Assembly (NCBI RefSeq): GCF_009914755.1
Contig: NC_060935.1
Length of the DNA stretch: 64,000 nucleotides
Reading direction: 5' to 3' (one strand)
DNA from: the human T2T-CHM13v2.0 reference genome, Homo sapiens
The notes under the pieces were generated by a model. That model had not been told where the DNA came from. It was given only the letters and a program-made list of their open reading frames with translations, and ran no database searches. Below, one piece after another: positions 28,036-45,408 of this stretch; positions within the stretch are counted from its first letter, which is position 1, and each line of letters starts with the position of its first letter. Position numbers and translations under genes: made by a program.

Positions 28036-28309
28036 ACTTTTGTAAGTACAGCTTTTATTATCCTAACTGCTGATCTAGCAGCTACAGGAGAAAATGGAAC
28101 ATTTTCTCTTCCTTATCTTGAAGAAACTTCTTTCACCAGAAATTAGTAGGGCCTCTAGTTCTCAAGGTCAACTGCCTAAATTCCATTGGTTAATCCTGAT
28201 GGATAAGCAGGCCTGAGAAGAAACGAATCACACTGGGGAAAAAGGTCAGAGTAAGGATTATTGGAATATGGAGCATATTTCATTGCAATCTTTATTAATT
28301 TGTATGCAT

Positions 28310-28700
28310 TATGTGTACCTATGTGTTTGCATATGTATTGCTGTGTGGTGTGTGTATGTGTGTGTGGTGTGGGGGGGGGGTGTGCGTCTTGTGTGTGGAG
28401 AGTGTGTGTGTGTGGTATATGTGGTGTATGTGTGTGGTGTGTATATGTGTGGTGTGTGTGTGGTGTGTGTGTGTGAGGGGGTGTTGGGGGTGTGTGGTGT
28501 GTGTATGTGCTGTGTGTATGGAGTATATGGGGTGTGTGGGGGGTGTGTGTGTGTATGTGAGTGGTGTATGTGTGTGGTATGTGTGTGTGGTCTGTGTATG
28601 TGTGTGTGTGGTGTGTGTGTCTGTGTGGTGTATGTATGTGGTGTGTGTGTGGTGTATATGTGTATTGTGTGTGTGTGTTGTATATGTGTTGTGTTTGTGT
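28310..28700. repeat. Degenerate (GT)n/GT-rich low-complexity tract
   Basis: ~390 bp of gtgtgt/ggtgt/gtatgt units. Confidence 0.95.
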
Positions 28701-30273
28701 ACAGAATTGGCTTCAGCAACCAACCACTTCCTCATTCTCATCGCACCCTCTAGTCCATAGAAGGAGAGAGAAAGAGAGAGAGAAAGAAAAAGAGAGAGGG
28801 TTATAAACTTTAAACTATATTATAAATAAAATATTTGTTATTTGTCCTTGTCTGAACACTGGAATCCCAATCAGGACAGGAACAGTGTAGTTGGGTTTTT
28901 CACTATGGATATTCAGTACCTGCGAAGGTGCCCGTGACATAGGTCGGTTGAACGAGTCTTAGCTGAGTGGACATGTTCACTGATGGAAACTTGAAAAATA
29001 CAAAATAAGTATAAGGATAAAAATAAAAAGCAATACTAATTTCATCAGCCAAGGCTGGGGGAGGGGTAAGGAGAACCACTGTAGAATCTTCATACTTGGT
29101 CTCTAATCTATTTTCTAAGTGTTTATAGATATATGAATACATAAACACCAAGTGATACAATATCTACCATTTTATAGTCCACGTTTTCATTTGGCAATTT
29201 AACATAAGCATGTTTTCATGTCATGCCCTTAGCTACCACAGAGTCAATGACAAAGCTGAAATTCAAATCTGGTCTGATAGGATTAAGTGTTGGGATTATT
29301 AACCAAATGCTATATAGCTGCAACCTAAACTTGGCAGCAGTATAGCATATATACAAATACATGTACAACATAATGTAATTCAATTACATCAACTAGCTTG
29401 ATAATAACTCTTCCAGTGAAACATCAGCTGCATGAGAGCACTAGTCTTCTCTGCCTTATTCCCTACTGTATTCCCAGGGTCTAGAAGAGTTCCTGCCAAT
29501 ACTAGGAGTTCATTAAATACATGTTAAATAAATAAATAAATAAATGGATGAGTGAATTTTGCAAGCATCTTTACCAGAAAGGTAAATAGATTGAGGACTT
29601 TGTGTTAAAGAGAAGCATGGTACTATTTGGACAGTACTAAGTCCAACCCTAAACAGGAGTAAACAAAGATCACAGTGCATTGCACACTTGCCACAGGTCA
29701 GATCATGCAGGAACAAGGCCCATAGAGCCCAGCCTAGAGTTACTGTAAATTCCCTCAGCCATTTCACCAAAGGTACAAGTAGGTCATCGGCTAGAGTTTT
29801 TGCAAATATGTTTTAAACAATGTGGTTTGAAATAAAGCATACTGTTCTCTGAGAATGGACCTGGATTTTTTCCCATAATTAGAGATTGTAAAAAGTGAAC
29901 CTAGTAAGTTAGAGGATTGCAAGATGGCTGCTTTTGACCCAAGTTTGGAAAACAAGCTGTTGAGTAATATTTTTTTTCCCTCTGACCACAGCTGAGACCA
30001 AAGAAGCTCCAAGTACCCCACATTGTAGAGAGAACATCCAAGAAGTAGAGCCAGATCTCATAAGCCCCCAAGGCTTATGAAGAGGTAGCAGTGTAGGCCT
30101 TCAGCAACCAACCACCTCCTCATCCCCATTGCACCCTCCAGTCCATATAAGGAGAAGACTGAGGAAAGGAATGGGGGAGAGAGCACGGTTGTCAGTCCGT
30201 GGGGAGTACAGTGTTTGTGGAGACTGGTGATTTCTTCATATAGATTTGGGATTCAGAGAGGAAAAGAAGAACA

Positions 30274-32645
<2,372 letters not shown>

Positions 32646-33482
32646 GAAAAGAAAAATGCCTTCCCAGCTGGGTGCATACTGAGCTGCAAAAACTGCCAGC
32701 TCATTCTGGTGCCCCCATCAAAGCAGAGGGGAGTGTGGTGAGTTCCTGAGAGAGCTCACCATGTGTGAACATTCTGGTGCCTGCTTCTCATCTGGGGATT
32801 TCTGAAGGATGGAGTAGCCCAGGCCAGCAGAGCTTGAAGAGGTATTGGTGGAATATGCCTAAAAAGAAGATGGGGTGACTTCTTACCCAACTCTGATCTC
32901 TGCACCCCTGGGCAGGAAGAGAAGAGATCCTCAGCCATTCTGGTGGGTCTATTGAGAAAACCACTGAGGTTAGGGAAAAAGCAGTGGCTGGGCCAGGTAA
33001 GGTAAACCTTACCCAGAGAGGGGGCTTGGAACAAGGACCACTTTCAGGACCAGTCGTAGATACAGCTGTTCTTCTCTGGGCAGTTCCACCCCCATATCTG
33101 AGGGAGCCGGATTTCACATCAGGAAGAACCCTGACCACCATCTCAGTAGAGACCTCCACATCAGTAGAGAATATATATCAGCATCAGTTAGAAGCACATC
33201 AAACCAGGGTGAGGCCAAAATGATTACCCCCTCCTTTACATCTCTCCCCTTTCCCAATCCTGAGGCTGAGAAGTGTGATAGAAAGACATCTCAGAACTAG
33301 ACTATCCCCACCCTTCTCTAAGGTGCTGGTGCCAGAGGAGCAGGGAAAGAGTCTCTAACCGTCACCCCTCCCAGCACTCCCACTACAATCTAGCCAACAA
33401 TAGCGGAGCAGGATGCTTTAAAACAGACATGATATTGGAGCTTGAAACGGGACTGCAGTGACCTTTAATAATCTAAATAATC

Positions 33483-33800
33483 GGCCAGCCGCGGTGGCTC
33501 ACGCATGTAATCCCAGCACTTTGGGAGGCCGAGGCAGTGGATCACGAGGTCAGGAGACTGAGACCATCCTGGCCCACATGGTGAAACCCCGTCTTTACTA
33601 AAAGTACAAAAATTAGCTGGGCGTGGTGGCAGGCGCCTGTAGTCCCAGCTACTTAGGAGGCTGAGGCACAAGAATCGCTAGAACCCAGGAGGCGGAGGTT
33701 GCAGTGAGCCGAGATTGTGCCACTGCACTCAAGCCTGGCAACAGGGCGAGACTTCATCTCAAAAAAAATAAAATAAAATAAAATAAAATAAAATAAAATG
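33483..33800 (+). mobile_element. Alu (AluSc-like)
   Basis: Dimeric Alu, (AAAAT)n tail. Confidence 0.9.
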
Positions 33801-34620
33801 GGGAGACTAGTTAGATGGCTACCGCAGTACCCCAGATGAGAAATGATGTAGCCAGGAGCATGAGGGTGTAAATGAGAGGAAGTCAATGGATTAGAGATGA
33901 ACTTTGGAAGTTCACATCCAGCGGATTGAATGTGGGGGTAAAGTGAAGGGAAGCATCAACACATTCCCCTAACTGGTGTGAGGAACAGAGAGAATGGCCA
34001 TGTCATTAACTGAAATGGAGAAACCTGGAGTGTGAAGAGTTCTGACGGGAAAACCCGAGTTCATTTTGGGACACGTTAAGTTTGAGATATCTGGAAGCCA
34101 GCTATGTAGATATGTCAAGTAGCCAGTTGGATGTACAAGCATGGAGCTCAGAAATGAGTTTTGCAGGGGGAGATATAATTTTAAAAGCCATCCACATATA
34201 AGTACTATTTAGACTTGTGAAAGAGAGCATAGAGAAATAAAGAATGGGGGCCCAGAGCCAAGTCTGAAGAACACAGAGTTTGGGGAGATAAAAAAAGTCC
34301 CAGCTAAGGAAATAAAGGAGAATTGAGGTAGAGGGTAATATTATGCTACTTAGAGCTGATGAAGGAAAGAGTAGTATTATGAAGCCAAGAGACCAAATAT
34401 ATCAGGAAGGAAGGGGAAGGCAACTGCGTTGAATGTTGCTCACAGAGCTACTGATATGAGAAAAGAGAGATGTTCATTGTTTTTGGCAGCATGGAGGTCA
34501 GTGGTGACAAAGGTATTTTGCTGAAGTTGTGGGGACAGAAACCAGGCTGGAGTGGGTTAACATATGATCAGAAGTGAAGAATCAGAAGGTGTGTAGATGG
34601 GCAATACTTTCAACAAGTTT
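33800..34620 (-). mobile_element. L2 remnant
   Basis: gttcattttgggacacgttaagtttgagat..ggatgtacaagcatggagctcaga..ggagtgggttaa. Confidence 0.6.
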
Positions 34621-35276
34621 GACTTATTAAGAGGAAGAAGACAATGTGCAAGAGTGAAGAGTAATGTGGGTTGAAGTGTAGGTTTTCAATGGGATAATCT
34701 AATTCAGAAAGCAACTACTGAGTGCCTGGACCCCGCTAGGCATTAAGCATGCAGTGATGAACAAGATATGGTGCCTGTTCTCAAACAAGTCAGACATTTC
34801 CCCAAGCATAAGGGCTCACCTGGCCATTTAAACCAAGTGCTGGAGATCCACGAAGAAGAAAGGGGTCTCCACTGCTGAACCTCTTGGCCTTGTTCAGTGT
34901 ATCACAGGTTCTGAAGTCAGACAAACCAGCCTGCAGTCCTGGCTCTGCACCTGTTACATATGTGACCTTGGAGAAGGTCCTAAACACAAACCTCTCTAAA
35001 CCTCAGTTTATCCAGCTGAGAACATCAAAGCCTTCTCTGCAGCTTAAATCAGATAAAGTATTTAAACTGTAGGGCACAGTCTTGCAATTGCAATTAAAAA
35101 TGGCAGCTATTCTAATTACTATTTGCTGACTTCCCATACCCCAGCAAAATTTGGATTGCCACCAGTGTGTGCTTCTGTTGAGGCTCTTACTAAACTGTGT
35201 TGTCTATCTACATATCTCACTTCCCCTTTAGGACAGGAAGTAGAATTTTATCTGAACTAAAAGCCAACGAGATGCC

Positions 35277-35553
35277 GGCCAGGTGCAGTGGCTCAGGCCT
35301 ACATTCTCAGAACCTTGGCCAGCTGAGGCCATGAGTTAGACCAGCCCGGCCAACATGGTGAAACCCCATCTCTACTAAAAACACAAAAATTAGCCAGGTG
35401 TGGTGGCCCATGCCTGTAATCCCAGCTGCTCGGGAGGGTGAGGTGAGAGAATCACCTGAACCCGGGAGGCGGAGGTTGAGTGAGCCGAGATCACACCATT
35501 GCACTCCAGCCTGCTTGACAGAGGGAGACTCTGTCAAAAAAAAAAAAAAAAAA
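35277..35553 (+). mobile_element. Alu with internal deletion
   Basis: Alu motifs, A tail. Confidence 0.85.
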
Positions 35554-35668
35554 GAGAATAAAGATAAGGAAAACCAACAGGAGAGTCATTCCTTAGGTAA
35601 AATGAGCGGGACAAATTAAAAATTGAGTCAGGGGAGGCACGGGTGTTGATAAGAGATAAATCAGAGTC

Positions 35669-36342
<674 letters not shown>

Positions 36343-36856
36343 ACAATGTACCTTCTCCATAAGGAAAGAGCTCACTGGGGGACAAGGCCTAGAGGCAGAG
36401 AGTGGACAGGATGCAATGAATTGGGCAGTACAAAGTCTGTATACAGAGAGGCCTGGAAACTGCAACAAAATAAACTGTGAGGCCCTGAAGAAGAAGTGGG
36501 AATTTGGGGGTAGAAGTCCAATCTGAGATACAGAGGAGACTGATGGAAGACTGCCCAGGGCTGTGCCAGAGCCATGACTCCAGCCACTCAGAAGCCCAGG
36601 ATGATGGTCAGTGCTTTGCCGGCTTAGGCTTACTCAGGAGGGGAAGCTGGGGCCGAAAATGACCAGAGAAGCTTGGCTTGGGTCATGTGAGGAGCCTGCA
36701 TAGTTACAGGCCAGCTGGGAGTCCTTGGTCCCCCTCAGTCACAGGCTCATCTGCCATGGTGCTGTTTATCTTCCATATGGCCTCAGATGACCATTCTTCC
36801 CAGAAAGTCTGCCTCAATGTTCCCAGTTTCCACCAACAAATTCAATTTGACAAACA

Positions 36857-36862
36857 TTTATT
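36857..36862 (-). terminator. SAA4: SAA4 polyadenylation signal AATAAA
   Basis: tttatt ~125 nt downstream of the stop codon. Confidence 0.8.
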
Positions 36863-36987
36863 GAACACCTCTAGGTGCCCTATACCAGTTCCTGGGGACA
36901 CAAAGCTCAGTGACCCTGTGTCCCTGTCTGGGGGGAGAAGTGTGTGGCTCACAGCCCAGTTTCCCTGAGAGCAGAGGAGCAGGAAGC

Positions 36988-37150
36988 TCAGTATTTCTTA
37001 GGCAGGCCGTCAGGTCTGAAGCGGTCGGGGTCTTTGCCACTCCGGCCCCATTCCTCAGCTTTCTCGTTGGACTTCGAGTCCTCCAATACAGTGCTGCTGT
37101 TTCCAAATAAATAGTAGTCTATTAATCCCTGAAGATAGACCCTGGAACGG
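36988..37150 (-). CDS. SAA4: Serum amyloid A4, exon 4 coding part (163 nt)
   Basis: ttgcag|C; [53 protein letters not shown]; SAA4-specific insertion with N-S-S sequon. Confidence 0.98.
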
Positions 37151-37363
37151 CTGCAACCCAAAGAAAGGAGACAGGAGATTAATCTCTTGACTCACCTGCT
37201 CACCTGAGACAGCTCCACCTGCTAACTCCCTCCTCTTCTCCCACCCAAGTAATGACTGAGAGGAGGCTGGAAAACTCAAGGAAAGGGGAAGAAAACTATC
37301 AATCTTCTTGGGCAAAGGCCTAAGTCTACTGATACTTTGCGCTCTGCAACAGAGTGCTTTCCC

Positions 37364-37668
37364 TTTTTTTTTTTTTTTTTTTTTTGAGACAGGGTCTCAT
37401 TCTGTTGCCCAGGCTGGAGGGCAGTGGCTCAATCATGGGTCACTGCAGCCTCGACCTCCTGGGTTCAAGGGATCTCCCACTTCAGCCTCCTGAGTAGCTG
37501 GGACTACGGTGCATGCCACCACGCCTGGCTAATTTCTTTTATTTTCTGTAGAGATAAGAGTCTTGCTATGTTGCCTAGGCTGCTCTTAAATCCCTGGGCC
37601 CAAGAGATCCTCCCACCTTGTCCTCCCAAAGAGTTGGAATTACAGGTGTGAGCCCCTGCACCCAGCCC
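37364..37668 (-). mobile_element. AluJ in SAA4 intron 3
   Basis: Reverse-complement Alu; TSD ctgcaaca..gtgcttt. Confidence 0.88.
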
Positions 37669-37892
37669 CTGCACCCAGCCCCTGCAACAGTGTGCTTTCA
37701 AGACCTCTCCTCAGTTCTTACTTTCCCTTGTGGGTGAAAGGAGACATGTCTTCACCAGCCTTGCTCTGGCTCTGCCAGCCACCCAGACCCCAGGAGTATG
37801 TGGAGGAGGGGAAAGAGCCACAGGTTCTCCTGACTCTCAAGACAGATAGGCACTGCTGGCCTCTCACTGGAGTCCCCGGGAATCTGTGTTAC

Positions 37893-38031
37893 CTGATGAG
37901 TTTAGCAGCCCAGACACCCCCAGGTCCTCTTTGGGCAGCATCATAGTTTCCCCGAGCATAGAGATATCTGTTTGAATTTTGGTGATTGGATATCATTATG
38001 TCCCAATAGGCTCTGCCCATGTCCCCAACCC
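37893..38031 (-). CDS. SAA4: Serum amyloid A4, exon 3 (139 nt)
   Basis: ttccag|..[45 protein letters not shown]|gtaaca. Confidence 0.98.
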
Positions 38032-38206
38032 CTGGAAAGAAAAAAAATGACAAAAATGAACCCAGTGACATACTGGAGAAATGTAGAAATGAACATTTTC
38101 CACTGATTTCCAGATTTTGGCCCTTGACAAAATAATCCTTTGAAATCATACGTGGAGATAAACATTACTTCCTGTGAACAGCTTCCCTGAGTAACTGTAA
38201 GGAAGG

Positions 38207-38434
38207 TGCTTTTCCATGGATTACATTGAATTGTATTGGTTGGCAGTTGTCATGCCCTGGGCTACATCTTACATGGGTCTGTGTGTGCTGTGTACAAAGA
38301 GGGGACGCTCATGTGAGGAATGCTTTTCCATGGATTACATTGAATTGAATTGGTTGGCAGTTGTCATGCCCTGGGCTACATCTTACATGGGTCTGTGTGT
38401 ACTGTGTACAAAGAGGGGATGCTCATGTGAGGAA
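38207..38434. repeat. 114-bp tandem duplication (2 copies) in SAA4 intron 2
   Basis: 38207-38320 vs 38321-38434; I count 3 mismatches. Confidence 0.95.
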
Positions 38435-38899
38435 TGTCACAATGGAGAATAGTACTACAGATGTAAGATCCAGGGACATTACAAGGGACTTGGTGAGAAG
38501 AGGAGGGGGCTGCACATCTACCATAGCCCATAAGAAAAATACATCCTTACCAGCTGAGTGAGGACAACTAGGACTTGAATAAATCTGACTGCTATGGGCA
38601 TAAATGGCACAAGAAAGCCGAGGGAATGGGCAGTACGTGATGAGGTGGAATGACCTGAGAGAGATTCATAGGACCTGGATAATCAGACTTATCATGAAGG
38701 GCATGAATGTAAATGTTTAACTCTCTGCCCTGACAATTAAGTGTCAGTTTCCACATTCTTCAGTTGGGGGGAATCATACCTACCTCCCTGGTGGACTAAA
38801 TGAGAAGATAAAATGAGGTAACATACATAAAATGCCTAGCATATTGGAATACTTGATGCAAATTGGATTCCTGTTCCTATTAGTGAAGGGCAGTAGTGA

Positions 38900-39940
<1,041 letters not shown>

Positions 39941-40336
39941 TTAGTGGAAAAATAGATGTTTGAAACAGGTCTAAGCCAGGAAGAGCTATAGAAAATGTCT
40001 ATCAGTGCCTGTGTTGTTCAATCAATAAATATTTTTGAGTTCTGCTGTGGTTTACGTGTTACCAAGTTCTTTAAACCAACTCACTTGGAAAAAAGAAAAG
40101 CTGTGATAAATAGTTTTAATTGTTACTTAGGTACTGTGTTCTAAGGGATATTTCTCACTAACTTCATGTATTATTTTGTGTCTGTAATTTTGTCAAATAG
40201 TTTATCTCTGGCATGGCATGACTGTCCTTTCTCTGATGCATGCTTTATGTTCATTCTATGTTTTCCAGATCTACTAGCAAGAGTTTTCTCCAAGCATCTG
40301 ACAGATTCTGTCACTGGGTGACAGAAAAACCCAAGA

Positions 40337-40525
40337 CAGTTGTTCTCATTGGCATTGTGCTTAAAGTAACCTGGGGAGTTTTTCAAATGCTATTCCTAGT
40401 CCCACTTCACTTCTAAGATTCTGACTCAGTAACTATGAGAAGAGGCTTCAGAGTGTACTTTTAAAACAAACCCCGGCCGATTTAAATGCTGGTGGACCAT
40501 ACAACAAATTCTGAAATACACTGAC
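40337..40525. mobile_element. MER5A-like hAT MITE
   Basis: cagttgttctca...gattctgactcagta...tctgaaatacactg. Confidence 0.55.
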
Positions 40526-41334
40526 CTAAGGGAAAAGATATTCTCTACTATGTGCAGAAAAACTTAGTACATGCTACCAAAACTTTTTAAAAACTATTTA
40601 TAGAATATCATTTTTAAAAGCACAAAATGCAGAAAAAATGAAAATTTATAAAATTTCAATTGAAAAATTACAAAAAATTCAACTACAAAATTAATAACAA
40701 CACATGAAGTTCAAAGTATTGCATAACCTGACAAACATAGTTTTCCCATTTTAACAGCTAGTCAATAAGATTCGTTTCCCATCCAGAATGGCAGAAGTCA
40801 GTTTCCCAGCCGTATCTCAGCCCTCCTGTGGCTAATCAGTAGAAATTTGCTCTTTTTATTTTATGGATAGAAGTTAGGGCTTAATTTTCATAAGCTCTGC
40901 ATCCCAAGCATTGGCCATTTGCTTGGGTACAGGATGGGATTTCTCTACTCTCTGCTAGGCATGTCTCAATCTTGGAGTATAATTGTGAACTCAGTATATT
41001 CCCTGAGGTGGATGAGCTAAATAAACATCATGCCCTGAGAAATCTGCCATCTGTAAATTTCCGCAGTGGGAGATCACCCCCTGGAAGTTTTTATCCTTCT
41101 GCACTCTACACCAAGAGTACAGGCTGGGCCCAAAGCATCTTTAACCTCTCGTCTGGAAACCCCAAGGGAGGGTGATAAATCAGACCAGCCTAGAGGAAGA
41201 AACAGATACAGAAAACCACACTCCTGCTCTGACCTCTGTGTGGCTTCTCTAAGGAGCACTCACATCCAGTGAGTATGTGGCCCCTGCTCAGAATGAATCC
41301 TGGGTATGTGCCCTCCATCCTCCAGAGTTCTTAC

Positions 41335-41425
41335 CTTGGAGAGCCTCCTTGAAAAACGAACGCCAGCTTTCACTGGTGACTCCCATGACCAAGGAGCAGA
41401 AAACAATGCCTGTGAAAAGCCTCAT
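41335..41425 (-). CDS. SAA4: Serum amyloid A4, exon 2 coding part (91 nt; exon starts at 41429)
   Basis: MRLFTGIVFCSLVMGVTSESWRSFFKEALQ|gtaaga; 91+139+163=393 nt = 130 aa + stop. Confidence 0.98.
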
Positions 41426-41499
41426 TGTGCTGAAGAGAAAGAAAGACAGGGGCAGAGGATCATAAAAAAAAACACAGATCTATGTTTTGAGGACTGAAT

Positions 41500-41859
41500 T
41501 TCTTTCCTTTTTTTCTTTCTTTTTTTCCTTTTCTTTCTTTCTCCTTCCTTTCTTTCTTTCCTCCCTTTCTTTCTTTCTTTTTTTTTTCCTATTGCCCAGG
41601 CTAAAGTGCAATGATATGATTAAGGCTTACTGCAGCCTCGACCTTCTGGGCTCAAGTGATCCTCCCACCTCAGCCTCCTGAGTATTAAGGACTACAAACG
41701 TGCACCATCACACTCAGCTAATTTTTTTTTTTTTTTTTTTGGTAGAGACAAGGTCTTGGTATGTATGTTCGGCCCAGGCTAGTCTCGAACTCCTGGCCTC
41801 AAGCAATCTTCCTACCTCAACCTCCCAAAGGATTACAGGCATGAGCCACTGTGCCAGCC
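41500..41859 (-). mobile_element. AluJ in SAA4 intron 1
   Basis: TC-rich tail plus reverse-complement Alu; TSD aggactgaattt. Confidence 0.88.
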
Positions 41860-42215
41860 AAAGGACTGAATTTGAAAGACTAATTCCCCATTTCCATTTG
41901 TTTGTATGAGAATCATAACTGCATGAAAGATTGAAACGGGTTTTAAGAAGAAGCATAAACCCTTAATTCTCAGCCCAGATCTCTAGAAAGAATAAGAGGA
42001 TTCCAACGTGTTATTTGGTCTGTGGTCAATTTGTCACCCAATACAGCAGACTAAAGTCAATCAAGAAGCATTTCCTGAGTTCCTACTCTCCTCAGCACTG
42101 ACCCCGTAATGAGGTAGAAAACACAGTTTCTCTCCAATTGAAATTTGACAATTATGTGAGAAAAGGATCTCAAAAGAGTCAAATAAGAGAAATTACTCCT
42201 TGGAAGAAACCTCAC

Positions 42216-42286
42216 CTGTGGACCTTTCTCCAGCTGAAATTTCAGTAAAGGCAGAGCTGCTGGTATCTTCTGGCCGTGGAGCTATA
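42216..42286 (-). other. SAA4: SAA4 non-coding exon 1 (5' boundary approximate)
   Basis: ..GAAAGGTCCACAG|GTGAG donor; matches the SAA4 5'UTR as recalled. Confidence 0.8.
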
Positions 42287-43097
42287 GTTGGTACCTCTGC
42301 TGGCTTTGGCATTAATGGGAGAACGGTTTTAAATCCAACAACCTGCCTTGCCAAAGTCCTTTTTGCTCAATTCTTTGGGTATTTTAAAAATTAACATATT
42401 GGGTAATAGTGTTTCCTTATCTAGAAGTAGTTTTCCAAATTGGGTCATCAAGGTATTTATTTTCTGGCAGTTTTTCTTAATTGCCACTTTTCCCTCTTTT
42501 TAGTTTCCTGTATCACAGAAGAGTTGTATTTGCAAAATCCAGTGTGGGAAGACAGAGGTCTTTCTCCACTTTCTTCTCTTTGTGTCTTTCCATTCTTAAC
42601 TGTTTAGTAGGAGGTCTTCCCAAAAAATTGCACATAGATATTATGCTGTAGGAAGTGATCAATATTATTAGCAAAAGAGATGTTTGCTTGTCTCTTGTGA
42701 CTTCTCTCTAAAGAATGTAAGGACACAGAACAAGCAAGACTTGACTGTACCATTCATGGGATGAGGTAATGATTCTGGGAGAATACAAGGACAGGAATAA
42801 CACCAGAAGATCAAGGGTGAAGGCCTTTGAGGCATAAAAACTCTTTTTTCATATAAATATGTATTATTCTGCACTTTCTTTTAAACTTACTATTTATTGG
42901 AAGTCTTTCCATGTCGGGCTTGTTGCTTTTTTTTTTTTTTTTTTACAGCTACACAGTATTCCATTGCATGGATGGACCATAATTTATACAATATTAATGG
43001 CTGTTTTGACAGTTATTAACCTTTTGATATTACAAATAATGGTGCATTTATTAACCTTGTACATATGTCTCTTGCACATGTACAAATATATCTCTAG

Positions 43098-43451
<354 letters not shown>

Positions 43452-43967
43452 TAGATTTTATAAATTTTTATATGTTGCAAATTGCCTTCCATGAGGGCTG
43501 TATCAATCTCTACTCCCACCAGAAATGAGTGAAAGAACTTGGTTCCACATTGTCTCTCACACAGTATACTCTCAAACTTTTTGGTCTTTGAAATTGTGAG
43601 TAAAATAAAACTCAAAGTAATTTTAATTTACATTTCTCTTATTATGATTTTGGTTTCACATCTTTCCACATGTTTAAGAGCTATTTCTATTTTCTAGGAA
43701 TTGTGAATTCATACCTTCATATCAAAGTAGTCATTTTTTACTGGTTTATTGTGTTTTTATTTATCACATTAGAGAAACTTTTTATATACAGGGAAAATGA
43801 GTATGTTATCTAGGATATGAGTTACAAATATTTTTCCCAGCTTATTTATCTTCTGATTATGATGGCTTATGTTCTGCCAAAGAAATTATTTATGTTCTTG
43901 TCTTTATTAATATTTTCTTTAGTTGTCTTCTCAATTTCATAGTATTTGAAGAGCTTTCCCTACTTTG

Positions 43968-44484
43968 TTTTTTTGTGGTTTTCTTAAACTCAAATGTTTT
44001 TATTTCATTCCTTTTTAAAAATTTTTTGTGGGTACATAGTAGGTGTATATAATTATGGGGTACATGAGATATTTTGGTACAGCCATGCAATGCGCAATAA
44101 TCACATCATGGAAAATTGGGTATCCATCCCCTCAAGCATTTATCCTTTGTGTTACAAATAATCCAATTATACTCTTTTGGTTATTTTACAATGTACAGCT
44201 AAATTATTACTGACTATAGTCCCCCGTTGTGCTATCAAATACTAGCTCTTATTCATTCTAAGTATTTTTTTGGTACTCATTAACCATCCTCACCTCCCCT
44301 CACTCCCCCCCTCCCCACTACCCTTCCCAGCCTCTGGTAACCATCCTTCTATTCTCTATCTCCATGAATTCAATTGTTTTGATTTTTAGATCCCACAAAT
44401 AAGTGAGAACATGTGATGTTTGTCTTTCTGTTCCTGAATGATTTCACTTAGCATAATGACCTCCAGTTCCATCCTTGTTGTTGC
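43968..44484 (-). mobile_element. L1MA-type 3' end insertion
   Basis: Antisense 3'UTR (gggtacatagtaggtgtatat..tagcataatgacctccagttccatcc); perfect 16-bp TSD agctttccctactttg at 43952-67 and 44485-500. Confidence 0.85.
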
Positions 44485-45408
44485 AGCTTTCCCTACTTTG
44501 GGCTATAAAAGAATTTTCCATGGATTCACCAGATAATGTTAATATTATTATTATCATTTTCCTTATTTGTTTATAAATATTTAGCATATTTGGAATTTGT
44601 CCTACCGTAATATATACAGTATGTTTTCAACATGATGTTATTTTAGATGGTCACCCAGTTGTACCAATCCCATTTGTTGAATAGTCCGTCTTTTACTTAA
44701 TACGTTAACATACAACCTTTATCACATACAAAATTCTCATATGCACTTATGTCTAATTCTGAGGATTTGGTTCCACTGATCAGGTTTTTTCTATATATAA
44801 GTCAGTACTACACTGTTGTACTTATTGAGGCTTTCTTCAATGTATTAATTGCCCTCATTACTTTTTTTTCAGAAGTAGTTGGAGTTCATTTTCTATTATT
44901 TCTTCTAACTGCTAGTTTTTGTATCCACACCTTCTTGTCTGTGGTGTTTTGATTGATGTCTGGGGTGTCCAGGAGTCCTATCATACCATCTCCCATTCTC
45001 TCTTATCACTGCTCCATTTAGTTCTCCAGACCTTCTCCTGCAACCACCTTCACGAGATAGTCAATGACTCCATGTTGCTTAAGCCAAAGGTGAACTCCTC
45101 AACTGCTAAGCAGAATCTGATACTACTAATCAATATCTCCATCAGGGATTCTGGAACACCATGCTTTCCTAGTTTTCCTCCTTTCCCAACAGCTGCTCCT
45201 TCTCAGTCTGTTTTGCTGTATCCAGCTTCTCCTCCAAACTTCTTAGAGAATGGAGACACCACACTGAGCCTTCAGACCTCTCTTCAGTCTCCATCCACAT
45301 GCTGAGGGAGCTCATCCATGCCTCTTAGCACAGGTTCCAAAGGCCATGGTCTTGTTAGTGGTGGTTATTTACACTGAATCTTCATTGCCTGGATCAATGC
45401 CTGGGTCA

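Noticed and set aside
28261-28806. Several long V/C- or H/T-rich ORFs
   Set aside because: Translations of the GT low-complexity tract.
38216-38452. 78-aa Cys-rich ORF with an internal repeat (zinc-finger/metallothionein-like look)
   Set aside because: It is the 114-bp (38-codon) intronic tandem duplication read antisense to SAA4; no promoter or splice support.
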